A stretch of DNA of 64,000 nt from Candidatus Kaiserbacteria bacterium (GCA_016186765.1 JACPLD010000001.1:133647-197646); one strand, 5' to 3'. Counted from the stretch's first letter, positions 47,540-57,812 are shown. Program-made: numbers and translations. The notes: a model not told the origin generated them from the letters alone.

Positions 47540-47614
47540 GCTCGAAGATCGGCATGCAGTCGAAAGGCAGCCGCCGGCTTCCCGCCGGCGGCCGCACCAC
47601 TTCATCCAAGACTA

Positions 47615-48694
47615 TTAATTCGTGGTCGAGAAGCTCTGCGCTGAGGTCGTTGCCGTGTTGCCGGCTGCATCACTCGATTCAAGCGCGTAGGAATACGTCG
47701 TGCTTGCGGTAAGACCGGCGAGCGTGAGTGCGTGAGTCACCACTGCGGTCACGCTGCTCACGTTGAGCGCCGTCGAAAGGTCGAGAGGTGTCGCTGTTCC
47801 ATAGTATGCCTTGCTCGTCGAAAGCTCGTTCGTCGTCCACCCTATCGAAGCGGTCGTGGACGAAATGCCCGACACGGTGACGCCTGATATCGCCGGAGCT
47901 GTGGTATCTGCCGGCGGCGGCGTAGGCGGCGTTGTCGTAGCCGCGCCGGGGCACACGCCGACCGTATCACCATGCGCGAGATGTGCGCCGAGCGAAGGGA
48001 CAGCGACGACGAGCGTCTGCGGCGAAACACCTACTGGCTTGTGACAGAGCGTTACAAAACCCGCTCCCGGCGTCGTCGTGCTCGTTCCGAGACCGAGGCG
48101 CTTGATGATGCCTGGTGGTAATTCACGTCCGACAAAGAGTGCAAGGACCTTTGCCTGCGTCTTCGGGCCGAAGATGCCGATGCTCTCGATACCATACTTC
48201 TCTTGGAATTTCTTGAGTGCCCGCTCAGTGAGATCGCCGAAGAAGCCGGTTATGAGCCTCTGCGGATAGACATCGGGAAATTGTGCGAGAAGCTCTTGGA
48301 GATCACGCACGTCATCTCCCGACATGCCGCGGCGAAGCGAGCGGAGAAACTTGAGATCCGCCCGTACCTCTTTTACATCCGCCCTGAGTTCACCCCGCGC
48401 CGCTTTCAGCGCGTCGCGCTCTGCTTTCGTTGACGTTGCGGTAGTGTCATCGTCGTCGTCGTCATTGTCGACGACAGACTGCCGGAGTTCTTTGATCGCC
48501 TCCTTCTGCTTCTTCTGAAGTTCCTCGATCTGTTCCTTGAGTTTCTTAATTTGCTCGTGAAGAGCCTGAACAGTCGCTGGGACATTGCTGTTGCCCCGAC
48601 CGCTATTATCCGATTCCGCGTATGCAACCGCCGCCGCAAAGATCACCAGCACGCTTGCGACGATCGCCCCTGCTGCCAAAGATACACGCTGCAT
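47615..48694 (-). CDS. secreted protein with coiled-coil, peptidoglycan-binding domain (PG_binding_1-like) and C-terminal fibronectin-III-like domain
   Basis: 359 aa; signal peptide; MSGDDVRDLQELLAQ...GFFGDLTERALKKFQEKYGIES...GIFGPKTQAKV (PGBD-like); C-terminal PAISGVTVSGISSTTASIGWTTNE...YSYALESSDAAGN (FN3-like). Confidence 0.65.
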   Translation of the reverse strand: MQRVSLAAGAIVASVLVIFAAAVAYAESDNSGRGNSNVPATVQALHEQIKKLKEQIEELQKKQKEAIKELRQSVVDNDDDDDDTTATSTKAERDALKAARGELRADVKEVRADLKFLRSLRRGMSGDDVRDLQELLAQFPDVYPQRLITGFFGDLTERALKKFQEKYGIESIGIFGPKTQAKVLALFVGRELPPGIIKRLGLGTSTTTPGAGFVTLCHKPVGVSPQTLVVAVPSLGAHLAHGDTVGVCPGAATTTPPTPPPADTTAPAISGVTVSGISSTTASIGWTTNELSTSKAYYGTATPLDLSTALNVSSVTAVVTHALTLAGLTASTTYSYALESSDAAGNTATTSAQSFSTTN

Positions 48695-49043
48695 ATATAC
48701 GATTCACAATAGTTACTAATAGTAATGTGCTCCCGCCTTTTCGGATGAAGCACCGATGAAGACGGCAGTGCTGTATGTATCTTACCACCTTCGGATGGGC
48801 ACGGGGCCTATTCCAGCAGCTTTTGCGGGAGCTACGGCGTGCTGGTCGCGGTTCCCCCAGAATCCGGAGCGAGTATCGGACTTGAGACGGCATAAAAATA
48901 GATCGCGCCCGTGACGAGGGCGACGATGACGATTCCCCACATCAGGGCGGTGTTGTTTTCCATAGGCTCCATCATGGTGCTGCAACGATGAAAAGCGCGT
49001 GAGAATGAGCTCGCATTTTTTGGATTTCAATGAGGAATTAGGC

Positions 49044-49049
49044 TATACT
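49044..49049 (+). promoter_or_regulatory. candidate -10 element (TATACT) for tRNA-Asn
   Basis: TATACT lies 24 nt upstream of the mature tRNA 5' end, with a weak -35 (TGGATT at 17-nt spacing). Confidence 0.3.
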
Positions 49050-49073
49050 TCGCGCGGCCAGCAATGGCCAGAT

Positions 49074-49148
49074 TCCGGGGTAACTCAATGGTAGAGTGGC
49101 TCCCTGTTAAGGAGTAAGTTGTGGGTTCGAGTCCCACCCCCGGAGCCA
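49074..49148 (+). tRNA. tRNA-Asn (anticodon GTT)
   Basis: TCCGGGGTAACTCAATGGTAGAGTGGCTCCCTGTTAAGGAGTAAGTTGTGGGTTCGAGTCCCACCCCCGGAGCCA: acceptor TCCGGGG/CCCCGGA, anticodon loop CUGUUAA, CCA encoded. Confidence 0.9.
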
Positions 49149-49174
49149 GATTGGACAACGCAATTATAGTGGAC

Positions 49175-49203
49175 GCACCGCCCCGCTTTACGCGGGGCGG
49201 TGC
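49175..49203. other. perfect 12-bp GC-rich hairpin between the convergent tRNA-Asn and the Gly-rich protein gene
   Basis: gcaccgccccgc-tttac-gcggggcggtgc; no adjacent T-run on either strand. Confidence 0.5.
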
Positions 49204-49265
49204 TAAGCCTTCCAATCAGTTCGGCTGAGGAGGACCCTGCTCAGGCGGAGCTGAGTCCTCCTGAC

Positions 49266-49961
49266 TCAGAAAAGTATCCGAATTCGGACTCTATTCATTA
49301 CGTTGGTGCTGGTCGCCGTGCTGTTGGCCGCACCAGTGAAGACCGTGCCGCCAATACCGCCCGTGCCGCCCGTGCCGCCCGTGCCGCCTGTTGCACCGCC
49401 GTTATTGTTGCTCCCGCCACCTGAGGCATCAACAGTGCCGCCTGCATCACCCGCGCCGCCTGTGCTCCCCGCTGCAGTGTTGCCGCCTGTGCGTGCTCGC
49501 GAGCGCGTGTCGTTGACGATTGCGCCGCCCGAGGTAGACGTGGCCGTGATAGAAGAACTGCTGATATTTGCGGTCGTCGAGGCAATTATTTCAATCTCGG
49601 TGTCGTTCAGCGTATTAGACGATGACGCAGTCGACGATGCGCTGCCGGTCGAGACAAATCCTCCATCGCCTCCATTCCCGCCATTGCCGCCATTGCCGCC
49701 ACTCGCGTTGCCGTTGTTGAAGCTGCCAGTGCCAGTTGCCATGACTGATCCTCCAGCTCCTCCCATGCCGCCTGTGCTCCCCGCTGCAGTGTTGCCACCT
49801 GTTTCGGCCGTTGAGGAACTCGTGTTGGTAATCGAGCCGGAGTTCTCGACAGTCACGGTGATCGAACTGCTACTAATATCCGCAAAGGCAAACGACGCGA
49901 CTGCGAACGCACCGATTATTGCGGCGAAGAATACTATCCACGCATCCCTTGTTGTGGTCAT
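49266..49961 (-). CDS. secreted Gly/Ser/Thr-rich repetitive protein
   Basis: 231 aa; signal peptide MTTTRDAWIVFFAAIIGAFAVASFAFA; two internal copies of the module TGGNTAAGSTGGxGxAGGxV...GGNGGNGG.... The plus-strand Pro-rich ORF 49303..49968 is its mirror artefact. Confidence 0.5.
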   Translation of the reverse strand: MTTTRDAWIVFFAAIIGAFAVASFAFADISSSSITVTVENSGSITNTSSSTAETGGNTAAGSTGGMGGAGGSVMATGTGSFNNGNASGGNGGNGGNGGDGGFVSTGSASSTASSSNTLNDTEIEIIASTTANISSSSITATSTSGGAIVNDTRSRARTGGNTAAGSTGGAGDAGGTVDASGGGSNNNGGATGGTGGTGGTGGIGGTVFTGAANSTATSTNVMNRVRIRILF

Positions 49962-50296
49962 ACAATAAGTTAGTAAGCGAATAACGCACCTGCACTTCTC
50001 ATGCGGGGCGCCTACGCTTCAGGCACCGATACAGCGCACGCTGTACTGATCGCTGGTTCCCCATGTCCCAGGACAGTGCAATGCATACGAATCATAGCAT
50101 GCCGTCGTGTCGTAACCGTGAAGTCGGGTCATCGATGTGAACAACAGGGTGCACACGACCAAAAAAAATAAGTACTTTGCAGCATTGACAAAGGACTTTC
50201 GTCATGCCATCTGAAGACGGCGCCACAAGGATGACGGCTTAGAGCGTTCTTGCCAAAGAGCTCGAGATGAGCGCAGGCTGCGCGCTATACTGAAGC

Positions 50297-51382
50297 ATGC
50301 GAGAATCGGGATTCGTCATCCCGCAGGTAGTGCTTCTTGTATTCGTGCTCCTTGTTGTCGGAGGAGGCATTGCGCTCGTCGCTTCATCCGGCGCCGAGCA
50401 AAATGGGAAAGACGCCACGGACAGCCTTTCGGCCGGCGAATCGGGCGACGCGGCTTCGGCGCTCGACAGCGGCAGTTCAAAAGCTGTTGCGAAGACAACC
50501 ATTCCCTCTCCCAAACCTCCACCTCCTTCACCGCTTCCCTCGCGACCTCCGATCGCATCCGCGTCCGAATCCTTGCCGCCCTACGATCGCACCGTGTGTC
50601 CCGATAGCTCTGAAGGAAATGACATCTTCATCAGAGACGGCGTGCGGTATCGTGTCGACGACGAGGTGCGGAGATGGGCAGAAGAATTTTGCGGTCCCAA
50701 TGCGCATACGCCTCTCGTCGCACTTTCTCCTTCTTCCACACCGCCATCCCAGCTTTCTCAACCTCCCGCGCCCCCCGAACCCATGTGTGAAAGCAACTCC
50801 TCTCCTGTTTTCACAAACCACATCACTGATATGAGCAAAGTTAATTACATCGTCCCTCCGCCCACGATGGGCGCGGGCCCCAGTTTGAAGCCGCACAGCT
50901 ACATAGGGACGGATCATGCGCGCGTGCCTGTGTATGCGCCGATTGACATGACGCTTATCACGGGAGCCCATACTTTCGACGGGCCATATGGCTTCATATT
51001 CAAAGTTAACTGTGAGGTGCAGCTGCGCTTTGGCCACATCACCGAACCGATCCAAGAAATAAAGGATGTTTTTCCATCAACACCCGCGCAAGATAGCAGA
51101 GACCAAAAGATTGACCATGAAATATTTTTTAAGGCCGGCGATGTAATTGCTTACACAACCGGTACCGAGATGGCAGGCAACTGGGACTTCGGCGTGTACA
51201 ATTCCGCGACGAGCAATCGCTATGCGAACGACCCGGAGTGGAACATCAGTGCCACATATACTACCGCCGTCTGCCCTTTTGATTACTTTGAAGCCAGCTT
51301 GAGGCAGGCGTATGTTTCCAAGTTCAATTCGGCGATTTTGGGCGGCAATCCACCCCATGGCGAATCGTTTTGTAAGATCTAA
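50297..51382 (+). CDS. hypothetical membrane-anchored/secreted protein with a Pro-rich linker
   Basis: 361 aa; N-terminal hydrophobic helix (VIPQVVLLVFVLLVVGGGIALVA), PPPSPLPSRPP linker, Cys-containing C-terminal domain; no motif recognised. Confidence 0.5.
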   Translation: MRESGFVIPQVVLLVFVLLVVGGGIALVASSGAEQNGKDATDSLSAGESGDAASALDSGSSKAVAKTTIPSPKPPPPSPLPSRPPIASASESLPPYDRTVCPDSSEGNDIFIRDGVRYRVDDEVRRWAEEFCGPNAHTPLVALSPSSTPPSQLSQPPAPPEPMCESNSSPVFTNHITDMSKVNYIVPPPTMGAGPSLKPHSYIGTDHARVPVYAPIDMTLITGAHTFDGPYGFIFKVNCEVQLRFGHITEPIQEIKDVFPSTPAQDSRDQKIDHEIFFKAGDVIAYTTGTEMAGNWDFGVYNSATSNRYANDPEWNISATYTTAVCPFDYFEASLRQAYVSKFNSAILGGNPPHGESFCKI

Positions 51383-51634
51383 GTTTTTTGAACAAACGCT
51401 AGCCGATCGAGAGAAACTTTGAGGGCAAGCGGTGACCGTGAATGATACGAACGGAGGTTTTCGGGACTTTGAAATGCAGTGCGATAAGCTCGACAACGCG
51501 TCGGTTCGCGGCGTTCTCGAGTGCTTTTTCACGCACCGAGATTCGAAATGATGTCGACGAAACTGGCTCGAATTTCTCTCGCCGCGCACCCGTACGCACT
51601 CGCACATGTACCTGCATTCTTTTACAATACCACC

Positions 51635-51859
51635 ATGACCCCAAAATCATGGCTCGGCCGCTTCCTCCTCTACATTACAAACAACGAACCCTTCTCGCGG
51701 CACGAGCAGGAGTTCGACATCGCGTTCTTCATCGTGAACACGATCGCGGTCCTTGCGGGAAGCGCCTACATCGCCTACATCGGCGAGTGGCAGTGGATTC
51801 CCTTCCTCGTCATCGAGTATACGTGGGCTATCGACACCATGCGCCACAACAGGCCCTAA
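51635..51859 (+). CDS. small hypothetical membrane protein immediately upstream of the P-type ATPase (possibly leaderless)
   Basis: ORF track 51521..51859; internal start MTPKSWLGRF at 51635 lies 7 nt after a TACAAT -10 box (51623..51628); two hydrophobic helices. Confidence 0.3.
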   Translation: MTPKSWLGRFLLYITNNEPFSRHEQEFDIAFFIVNTIAVLAGSAYIAYIGEWQWIPFLVIEYTWAIDTMRHNRP

Positions 51860-51890
51860 AGACGGCCGCGAGCACGGGTATAATGTCCCG

Positions 51891-54491
51891 ATGACGTTGG
51901 GTCGCGAGACTTCTGCACGCTCATTCTGGAGCATGGGCGCGGATCAGGTTGCGGATGCGCTCGAAACCGACATCCATCGTGGTCTCTCGGAAGAAGAAGC
52001 GAAGCGGCGGAGAGAGATCTTCGGCGCGAACTCGATCGAGCAAGTGCGCCGCGCCTCGGCCTTTGGTATTTTTTTCAAGCAATTTGAAAGTCCACTCATT
52101 CTCATCCTTCTTGCCGCCGCAGCAACGACGCTCGCAATTTCCCACTTCCGCGACACACTCTTTATCTTGATTGCAGTTTTCGCAAACGTCATCCTCGGCT
52201 TCTATCAAGAGCACAAAGCGGAGCGTGCGCTTTCCGAGCTGAAAAGCTATTTGCGCGAGCGAGCGCGCGTCGTGCGCGCAGGGAAAGAGCGAGAAGTCGA
52301 CGCAGAGCACCTGGTGCCAGGCGACATCATCCGCCTCTCGCAGGGCGATCGTGTGTCCGCCGATGCGCGCATCGTCTTTGGCAACGACCTGCAAATCGAC
52401 GAGACCGTGCTCACCGGCGAATCTCTTCCTGTCGAGAAGACCGTCGAGGCCGTATCGCCGGAGACCGACCTCGCCGACCAGCGCTGCATGGCATTCGCGG
52501 GAACACTGGTGACGCAAGGCGTCGGCACGGGAATCATCTGCCGCACCGGAAGCACGACGGAGTTCGGAACAATCGCGACGCTCGTCGCACGTGCAGAGCA
52601 CGAAGCGACGCCTCTGCAAGTGGCGATCCAGAAGTTCTCTCTCCGCGCAAGCTTCCTTTTAGGAGCGCTAACGGCTGTTGTGTTTCTCGTCGGTATTCTC
52701 GTAGGACACTCGTACATCGATATGTTTCTCACGTCGGTGGCAATCGCGGTTGCGGCGATTCCCGAAGGTCTCCCCGTCGCGCTCACCGTCATTCTTGCGG
52801 TCGGCGTCGAGCGGATGGCGAAGAGAAACGGGGTCGTGCGTAAGCTCGTCGCAGCGGAAGCGCTTGGCGATGTGAGCGTTATCCTCACCGACAAAACGGG
52901 TACGCTCACGATGGCAAAGATGGAGCTCTCCGACGTCATACCCGCTCGAGGCGAAGACGAACACGCCCTCCTTTCGCGCGCTCTCCTGAACGCAAACGTG
53001 CTCATCGAGAACAAAAACGATAAGCCGCATGAATGGCGTATGAGCGGACCCATTATGGAGGTTGCGCTCGTGCGCGCGGCAGCTCTGCGGGGCATCGACA
53101 TCGAGCACGTGAAAGCGGAAGCGCAGATCGAGCAATTGCTCCCTTTCAATGCCGCGAACAAGTTCTCGGTCTCGCTGATTCGCGAGGGCGAGCACCACCG
53201 GCTCATCTTCTTCGGCGCTCCCGACATCCTCGTTTCCCGCTCAACGTTTGATGTCACGAAGCGAAGTGAGATGCTCGCGAAAATCGATATGCTCGCGCGT
53301 TCGGGCAAGCGCGTGCTCGGCGTAGCGACGAAAGCAACACACCGGAAGAAAGATCTATCTCTTGCACACGAGCTCGATGCGGAAAACCTCGAATTCGAAG
53401 GCCTTATTGCGTTTCGCGATCCTGTTCGTCCGAGTGTGCGCGAAGCTATCCAACGTGTGGAGCATGCCGGCATAAAAACAGTCATCGTCACCGGAGACCA
53501 TCTCGGCACCGCAGAAACAATTGCTCGCGAGGTGGGCTTGCCGCTCGATGCACAATCGTCCATTGCGGGGGCCGAGCTTGCATCGCTCTCGGAGCCGGAG
53601 TTCGCGGAGAGACTCCCGAAGCTCCGCGTCATTGCGCGCGTCTCTCCGTTCGACAAGGTGCGCATCGTGCGAATGCTGCGAAAATCGGGTGAAATTGTGG
53701 CTATGACGGGCGATGGCGTCAATGATGCGCCGAGCATCAAGGAAGCCGATGTCGGCGTCGCAATGGGCTCGGGAACCGAGGTCGCACGCTCTGTGGCCGA
53801 TCTCGTCCTTCTCGACGATAACTTCGAGACGATTGCCGCGGCGGTAGACGAAGGGCGGCAGATCATGAGCAACATCCGCAAGGTTATCGTCTATCTCCTT
53901 TCGACTGTGATGGATGAGCTCACGCTCATAGGTGGTGCACTCATCGCAGGCGTTGCACTCCCCCTCAACGCGTTACAGATACTATGGGTCAATTTCTTTT
54001 CCGACAGTTTTCCCGCAGTCGCATTTGCGTTTGAAAAAGGAATTGATGGCCTCTCCGTCCGTTCGCGCCCCTCTAAGCGGCAACTCTTCGATCCCCTGAT
54101 GCGATTCCTCGTGCTCGTTGTCGGCCTCTCCTCGAGTGCGCTTTTGCTTGCGCTCTACCTCGCGCTCCTCTATGCCGGCTATGAGGAAAAGCTTGTTCGC
54201 ACATTTATCTTTGCATGCTTCGGGAGCTACACGCTCTTCGTCGCGTTCTCGATACGAAGCCTCGAAAAGAGTATTTTTTCCTACTCCCCGTTTTCAAACC
54301 GGTACCTCCTCGGAGGAATCAGCATCGGTGTTGCGCTCATGCTCGCAGCAGTATACGTACCTTTTCTGCAGTCACTCTTTGGCACCGTTGCGCTTCCGCC
54401 ACTTTGGCTACTCGCCGTCGCCGCAGTCGGCGCTCTGAACATCTCCGCTATCGAAGTGGGAAAATGGCTCTTCCGTGGACGAATGCCATGA
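51891..54491 (+). CDS. P-type (E1-E2) cation-transporting ATPase, P2-type (Ca2+/Mg2+-like)
   Basis: ORF track 51753..54491; start taken at MTLGRETS. Phosphorylation motif ILTDKTGTLT, hinge motif MTGDGVNDAPSIKEADVGVAMG, TGES motif (VLTGESLP), ~10 TM helices. Confidence 0.9.
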   Translation: MTLGRETSARSFWSMGADQVADALETDIHRGLSEEEAKRRREIFGANSIEQVRRASAFGIFFKQFESPLILILLAAAATTLAISHFRDTLFILIAVFANVILGFYQEHKAERALSELKSYLRERARVVRAGKEREVDAEHLVPGDIIRLSQGDRVSADARIVFGNDLQIDETVLTGESLPVEKTVEAVSPETDLADQRCMAFAGTLVTQGVGTGIICRTGSTTEFGTIATLVARAEHEATPLQVAIQKFSLRASFLLGALTAVVFLVGILVGHSYIDMFLTSVAIAVAAIPEGLPVALTVILAVGVERMAKRNGVVRKLVAAEALGDVSVILTDKTGTLTMAKMELSDVIPARGEDEHALLSRALLNANVLIENKNDKPHEWRMSGPIMEVALVRAAALRGIDIEHVKAEAQIEQLLPFNAANKFSVSLIREGEHHRLIFFGAPDILVSRSTFDVTKRSEMLAKIDMLARSGKRVLGVATKATHRKKDLSLAHELDAENLEFEGLIAFRDPVRPSVREAIQRVEHAGIKTVIVTGDHLGTAETIAREVGLPLDAQSSIAGAELASLSEPEFAERLPKLRVIARVSPFDKVRIVRMLRKSGEIVAMTGDGVNDAPSIKEADVGVAMGSGTEVARSVADLVLLDDNFETIAAAVDEGRQIMSNIRKVIVYLLSTVMDELTLIGGALIAGVALPLNALQILWVNFFSDSFPAVAFAFEKGIDGLSVRSRPSKRQLFDPLMRFLVLVVGLSSSALLLALYLALLYAGYEEKLVRTFIFACFGSYTLFVAFSIRSLEKSIFSYSPFSNRYLLGGISIGVALMLAAVYVPFLQSLFGTVALPPLWLLAVAAVGALNISAIEVGKWLFRGRMP

Positions 54492-55237
54492 ACAAAAAAG
54501 GGAACGTACTCGTCGTTGGCGGCTCCGAAGAATTCGTGGGGGCTCCATACCTCGCGGCAATCGCGGCACTGCGCTCTGGAGCGGAGTCAGTGATCGTGAT
54601 GGCGCCCGAAAGAGTAGCGTGGGCCATCAATACGCTCTCCCCCGATCTTATGACGCGAAAGTTGAAAGGCACACATCTTTCAAAAAAGCACGAACGGGCG
54701 ATCCGGAAGCAAATGAAAACCGTGGACATCCTCGTACTCGGGAATGGTGCCGGCACAAAGCCTGTGACGGCCGCGCTCATGCGCTCGTTGATGCGCTCTC
54801 CCCTTCCCAAGATTATCGATGCCGACGCGCTCAAGGTGCTTCGCGGCACATCGGTCAAAAACGCGATCCTGACCCCAAATGAAGGAGAGTGGCACTTGCT
54901 CGAAACGCAGAGTGACATCCGCGCACTTCTAAAAAATGGAAATGTCATCGTTAAAAAGGGATTCCCCACAAAGATACTTTCTAAAGGGGAGACGATCGTG
55001 CGACAGACCAACAGGGGTCTGCGGAAAGCCGGCACGGGAGATGTACTCGCTGGTCTCGTCGCCGGATACCTAGCGCAGGGACTCTCGCCGGCAAGAGCCG
55101 TACAAGAAGCCTGCAAGACGGGCAACGCTATCGCTACTGTTCTGACAAAGAAAAAGAAAGGCCACTACTTCCTTGCAAGTGACATCGCAGAGGAGCTCAC
55201 TGTAGTTTCTTCCAGAAGCGGAAAAGTCGCGGGGTAA
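54488..55237 (+). CDS. ADP-dependent NAD(P)H-hydrate dehydratase (YjeF C-terminal/Nnr2-like carbohydrate kinase fold)
   Basis: ORF track 54215..55237; start taken at MNKKGNVLVVGGS, overlapping the ATPase stop via ATGA. Motifs VLVVGGSEEFVGAPYLAA and KAGTGDVLAGLVAG. Confidence 0.75.
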   Translation: MNKKGNVLVVGGSEEFVGAPYLAAIAALRSGAESVIVMAPERVAWAINTLSPDLMTRKLKGTHLSKKHERAIRKQMKTVDILVLGNGAGTKPVTAALMRSLMRSPLPKIIDADALKVLRGTSVKNAILTPNEGEWHLLETQSDIRALLKNGNVIVKKGFPTKILSKGETIVRQTNRGLRKAGTGDVLAGLVAGYLAQGLSPARAVQEACKTGNAIATVLTKKKKGHYFLASDIAEELTVVSSRSGKVAG

Positions 55238-55841
55238 ACGGCAATCGCGCTTGCCGATACATCCAGAAGTATCCAGCAATGCTCACGATGAGCGCGCCCG
55301 TGCCGTCGGCGATCAGATCCCACATCGTGTCGGCATTACTGTTTTGCCAGTCGATGCCGAAGAATGAATCGGCGGTAAATTCGACAAGCTCCCACACCAC
55401 ACCGATCGCAAGCGAGAAGGTTACCGAAAAAAACGATACGAAGCCGGGACTTAAGTCGAGACCGACGGACTCTTGCTCGTTGAGCGTATACACCAAGACG
55501 AAGCCCGCGACACCGAGGATGAGCCCGGATTGGAAATGGACGAACTTGTCCCACAGCGGGATGTAATCGTAGAAATTCGCCAGATGCCCGAGAAAGAGCG
55601 TTGCGAATACGAAACAGACGATGCCGAGGTCGAGTGCAAACGGCAGGTAGAACCGGTAGCGGTGCTTCAAGATCGAGGGCGCAGACATAAGGACGAACAC
55701 GAGGACAGTGCTAAACACCGACGCCCAATCGCCCCTAAGAGCAAAGTACAGAGCTGCAACGAGTATTGCAGCGCGCAGTCCGTAGTAGAGCATGAGCGTG
55801 TAGCGGTTGCGGTACGCTTCCGATATCGCTTTCGGATCCAT
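55197..55841 (-). CDS. hypothetical polytopic membrane protein
   Basis: 214-aa ORF with ~6 hydrophobic helices. Confidence 0.5.
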   Translation of the reverse strand: MDPKAISEAYRNRYTLMLYYGLRAAILVAALYFALRGDWASVFSTVLVFVLMSAPSILKHRYRFYLPFALDLGIVCFVFATLFLGHLANFYDYIPLWDKFVHFQSGLILGVAGFVLVYTLNEQESVGLDLSPGFVSFFSVTFSLAIGVVWELVEFTADSFFGIDWQNSNADTMWDLIADGTGALIVSIAGYFWMYRQARLPFTPRLFRFWKKLQ

Positions 55842-56067
55842 GTGGCGATGGTAGCACGCTAAACGCCCCGAGCGCTAAAATAGACCCCGGGTGAGCTGCG
55901 TCACGCAGCTAACCCGGGGTACAGCGGGGCCTCACGCCCCTCGCCATTCGGCTTGAGAGCGCTCACGCCGGCCAGATGCCCCGTGGTCGCCTCGAGGGGG
56001 CAAAAAATCGCAGCGTCTTCAGCCGTCACGACTAACTACCATAAGCGTACCTCGAGCCTGAAGTATT

Positions 56068-56508
56068 TCAATACCAGTAGCAGCTGTATCCCCCATAGCA
56101 GTAGTCGTAGGAATCGTACCAGTAGTCATCGTACCAGTAGTCATCGTACCAGTAGTCATAGTTATATGTCGGGTAGTAGTAGTACGTATCGTAGGGATAG
56201 TACCAGTAGTCGTAATAGTACGCTGGATACGTATACGTCGGATATGAATAGGAGTATGACGGATATGAATACGAGTACGATGGATAGGAGTACGAGTAGG
56301 ACGTCGGGTACGTGTACTGCGGCGCGCTCACATTCACATATGGCGAGGTGTTGATGTAGGTGTATGGAGCGAAGGTATGACTCGAGTAATTCAAACTCGG
56401 CATTTGATACGGATACGAGGAGTAGTACTGGGCGAGCACCGGCGTTGGCGAAGCAATCGCGAGCACTCCAAGCAAGACACCATATGCGAGCGTCTGCTTC
56501 ATATCCAT
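56068..56508 (-). CDS. secreted tyrosine-rich low-complexity protein (paralog-like of 1189..1833)
   Basis: 146 aa; signal peptide MDMKQTLAYGVLLGVLAIASPTPVLA then YSYSYPSYSYSYPSYSYSYP...DYWYDDYWYDDYWYD. Confidence 0.55.
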   Translation of the reverse strand: MDMKQTLAYGVLLGVLAIASPTPVLAQYYSSYPYQMPSLNYSSHTFAPYTYINTSPYVNVSAPQYTYPTSYSYSYPSYSYSYPSYSYSYPTYTYPAYYYDYWYYPYDTYYYYPTYNYDYWYDDYWYDDYWYDSYDYCYGGYSCYWY

Positions 56509-56582
56509 AACACTATCATCGCCACATGATTAGCAAAGGAAGAATGAGGGAACGCACCGTTTGCTATACTTCTGTCAATTCC

Positions 56583-57812
56583 ATGAGAAAAACAACGGCT
56601 CTAACACTTGGCCTTCTCCTCCTCTTGAGTTTTTTGTTTTTCATGTCGCCGGTAGGGCGATACGTTGTCGGTACACCGTTTTCAGGCAACCCTGAACCCC
56701 CTCCACCGCCGCGCAGCGAGCAACTCTCCTTCGAGCTCGCAGAGGGATTTGCGGCACATCTTTTCGCAGAGAATGTCCCCGGGGCGCGCGTGATGCACCG
56801 TGATCCGAAAGGAACACTTCTTGTCTCCGAAACATCTCAAGGCAAGATCGTTGCGCTTCCAAACCTTGACAGCGATGGTAAGGCTGATCGCCTGATCACG
56901 GTGCTCGACGGCCTCAATAACCCGCATGGATTGCTAATGCTTTGCCCGGACACTGGAAACGTCAGCGCCGATCAGGATGTATGTCTACTTTATGTAGCGG
57001 AAACTCATCGAGTCGCAGCGTACGCTTATGATGCGGATACGTACTCGGCAACGTTCGAAAAAACGCTCATTAATCTTCCTGACGACGGTGGCCACTTCAC
57101 GCGTACCCTGATGCTTCATCCCGACAACAAGCGGATACTCGTATCCGTCGGCTCATCGTGCAATGTGTGCATGGAAAACGACGAGCGGCGCGCCACCGTC
57201 CTTGCGATCGATCTCGAAATAAAGAAGATGAGCGTTTTTGCGACAGGACTCCGCAACACAGTCTTTATGACCACCCACTACGTCACGGGAGACATTTGGG
57301 GTACCGACATGGGCCGCGATTACTTGGGAGACGACCTACCGCCGGATGAAATAAACATTATCCGCCCCTCGACTTCGCTCGGGGTAAACAACTATGGGTG
57401 GCCGTTCTGCTATGGGAAAGGCATCCGCGATTCGACGTTCCGCTCCGACAAGGAATTCGACTGCACGACGACGGACACATCGCACCTCGACATCCCCGCG
57501 CACTCCGCTCCTCTCGGTATTGCGTTCGTTCCCGAAGAAGGATGGCCGGAAGAGATGTGGTACGACGCCTTGGTCGCCTACCATGGTTCCTGGAACCGAA
57601 GCACTCCGACGGGCTATCGTGTAGTGCGCTTCCCGCTCGACGCGGAGGGCAATCCCGAAGGAGGACCGCAAGATTTTATGACCGGATTTATGAATGAACG
57701 CGGCACCGTCATCGGTCGCCCTGTTGATATTCTTCTCGAGCCAGGTGGTGTCATGTTCGTCTCCGACGACAAAGCTGGTGTAATCTACCGTATCGCAAGA
57801 ACGGGTGCGTAA
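56583..57812 (+). CDS. PQQ-dependent sugar (glucose/sorbosone) dehydrogenase-family beta-propeller protein, carrying an in-frame repeat-element copy
   Basis: ORF track 56526..57812; start taken at MRKTTALTLG (signal peptide). Typical motifs NPHGL, GLRNTVFM, DIWGTDMG, NNYGWPF, MFVSDDKAGVIYRI. Segment RPSTSLGV is encoded by the repeat element. Confidence 0.7.
   Translation: MRKTTALTLGLLLLLSFLFFMSPVGRYVVGTPFSGNPEPPPPPRSEQLSFELAEGFAAHLFAENVPGARVMHRDPKGTLLVSETSQGKIVALPNLDSDGKADRLITVLDGLNNPHGLLMLCPDTGNVSADQDVCLLYVAETHRVAAYAYDADTYSATFEKTLINLPDDGGHFTRTLMLHPDNKRILVSVGSSCNVCMENDERRATVLAIDLEIKKMSVFATGLRNTVFMTTHYVTGDIWGTDMGRDYLGDDLPPDEINIIRPSTSLGVNNYGWPFCYGKGIRDSTFRSDKEFDCTTTDTSHLDIPAHSAPLGIAFVPEEGWPEEMWYDALVAYHGSWNRSTPTGYRVVRFPLDAEGNPEGGPQDFMTGFMNERGTVIGRPVDILLEPGGVMFVSDDKAGVIYRIARTGA
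57365..57389. repeat. copy of the GC-rich repeat element, in-frame inside the dehydrogenase gene
   Basis: cccctcgacttcgctcggggtaaac, 24/25 identical to the guaA copy at 26622..26646 and read in the same frame (PST(S/P)LGVN). Confidence 0.8.

Noticed and set aside
49303-49968. 221-aa plus-strand Pro/Val/Ala-rich ORF
   Set aside because: It is the mirror image of the Gly/Ser/Thr-rich secreted protein gene on the minus strand (GGN repeats read as PPV on the other strand). The minus-strand ORF has the signal peptide and stop context.
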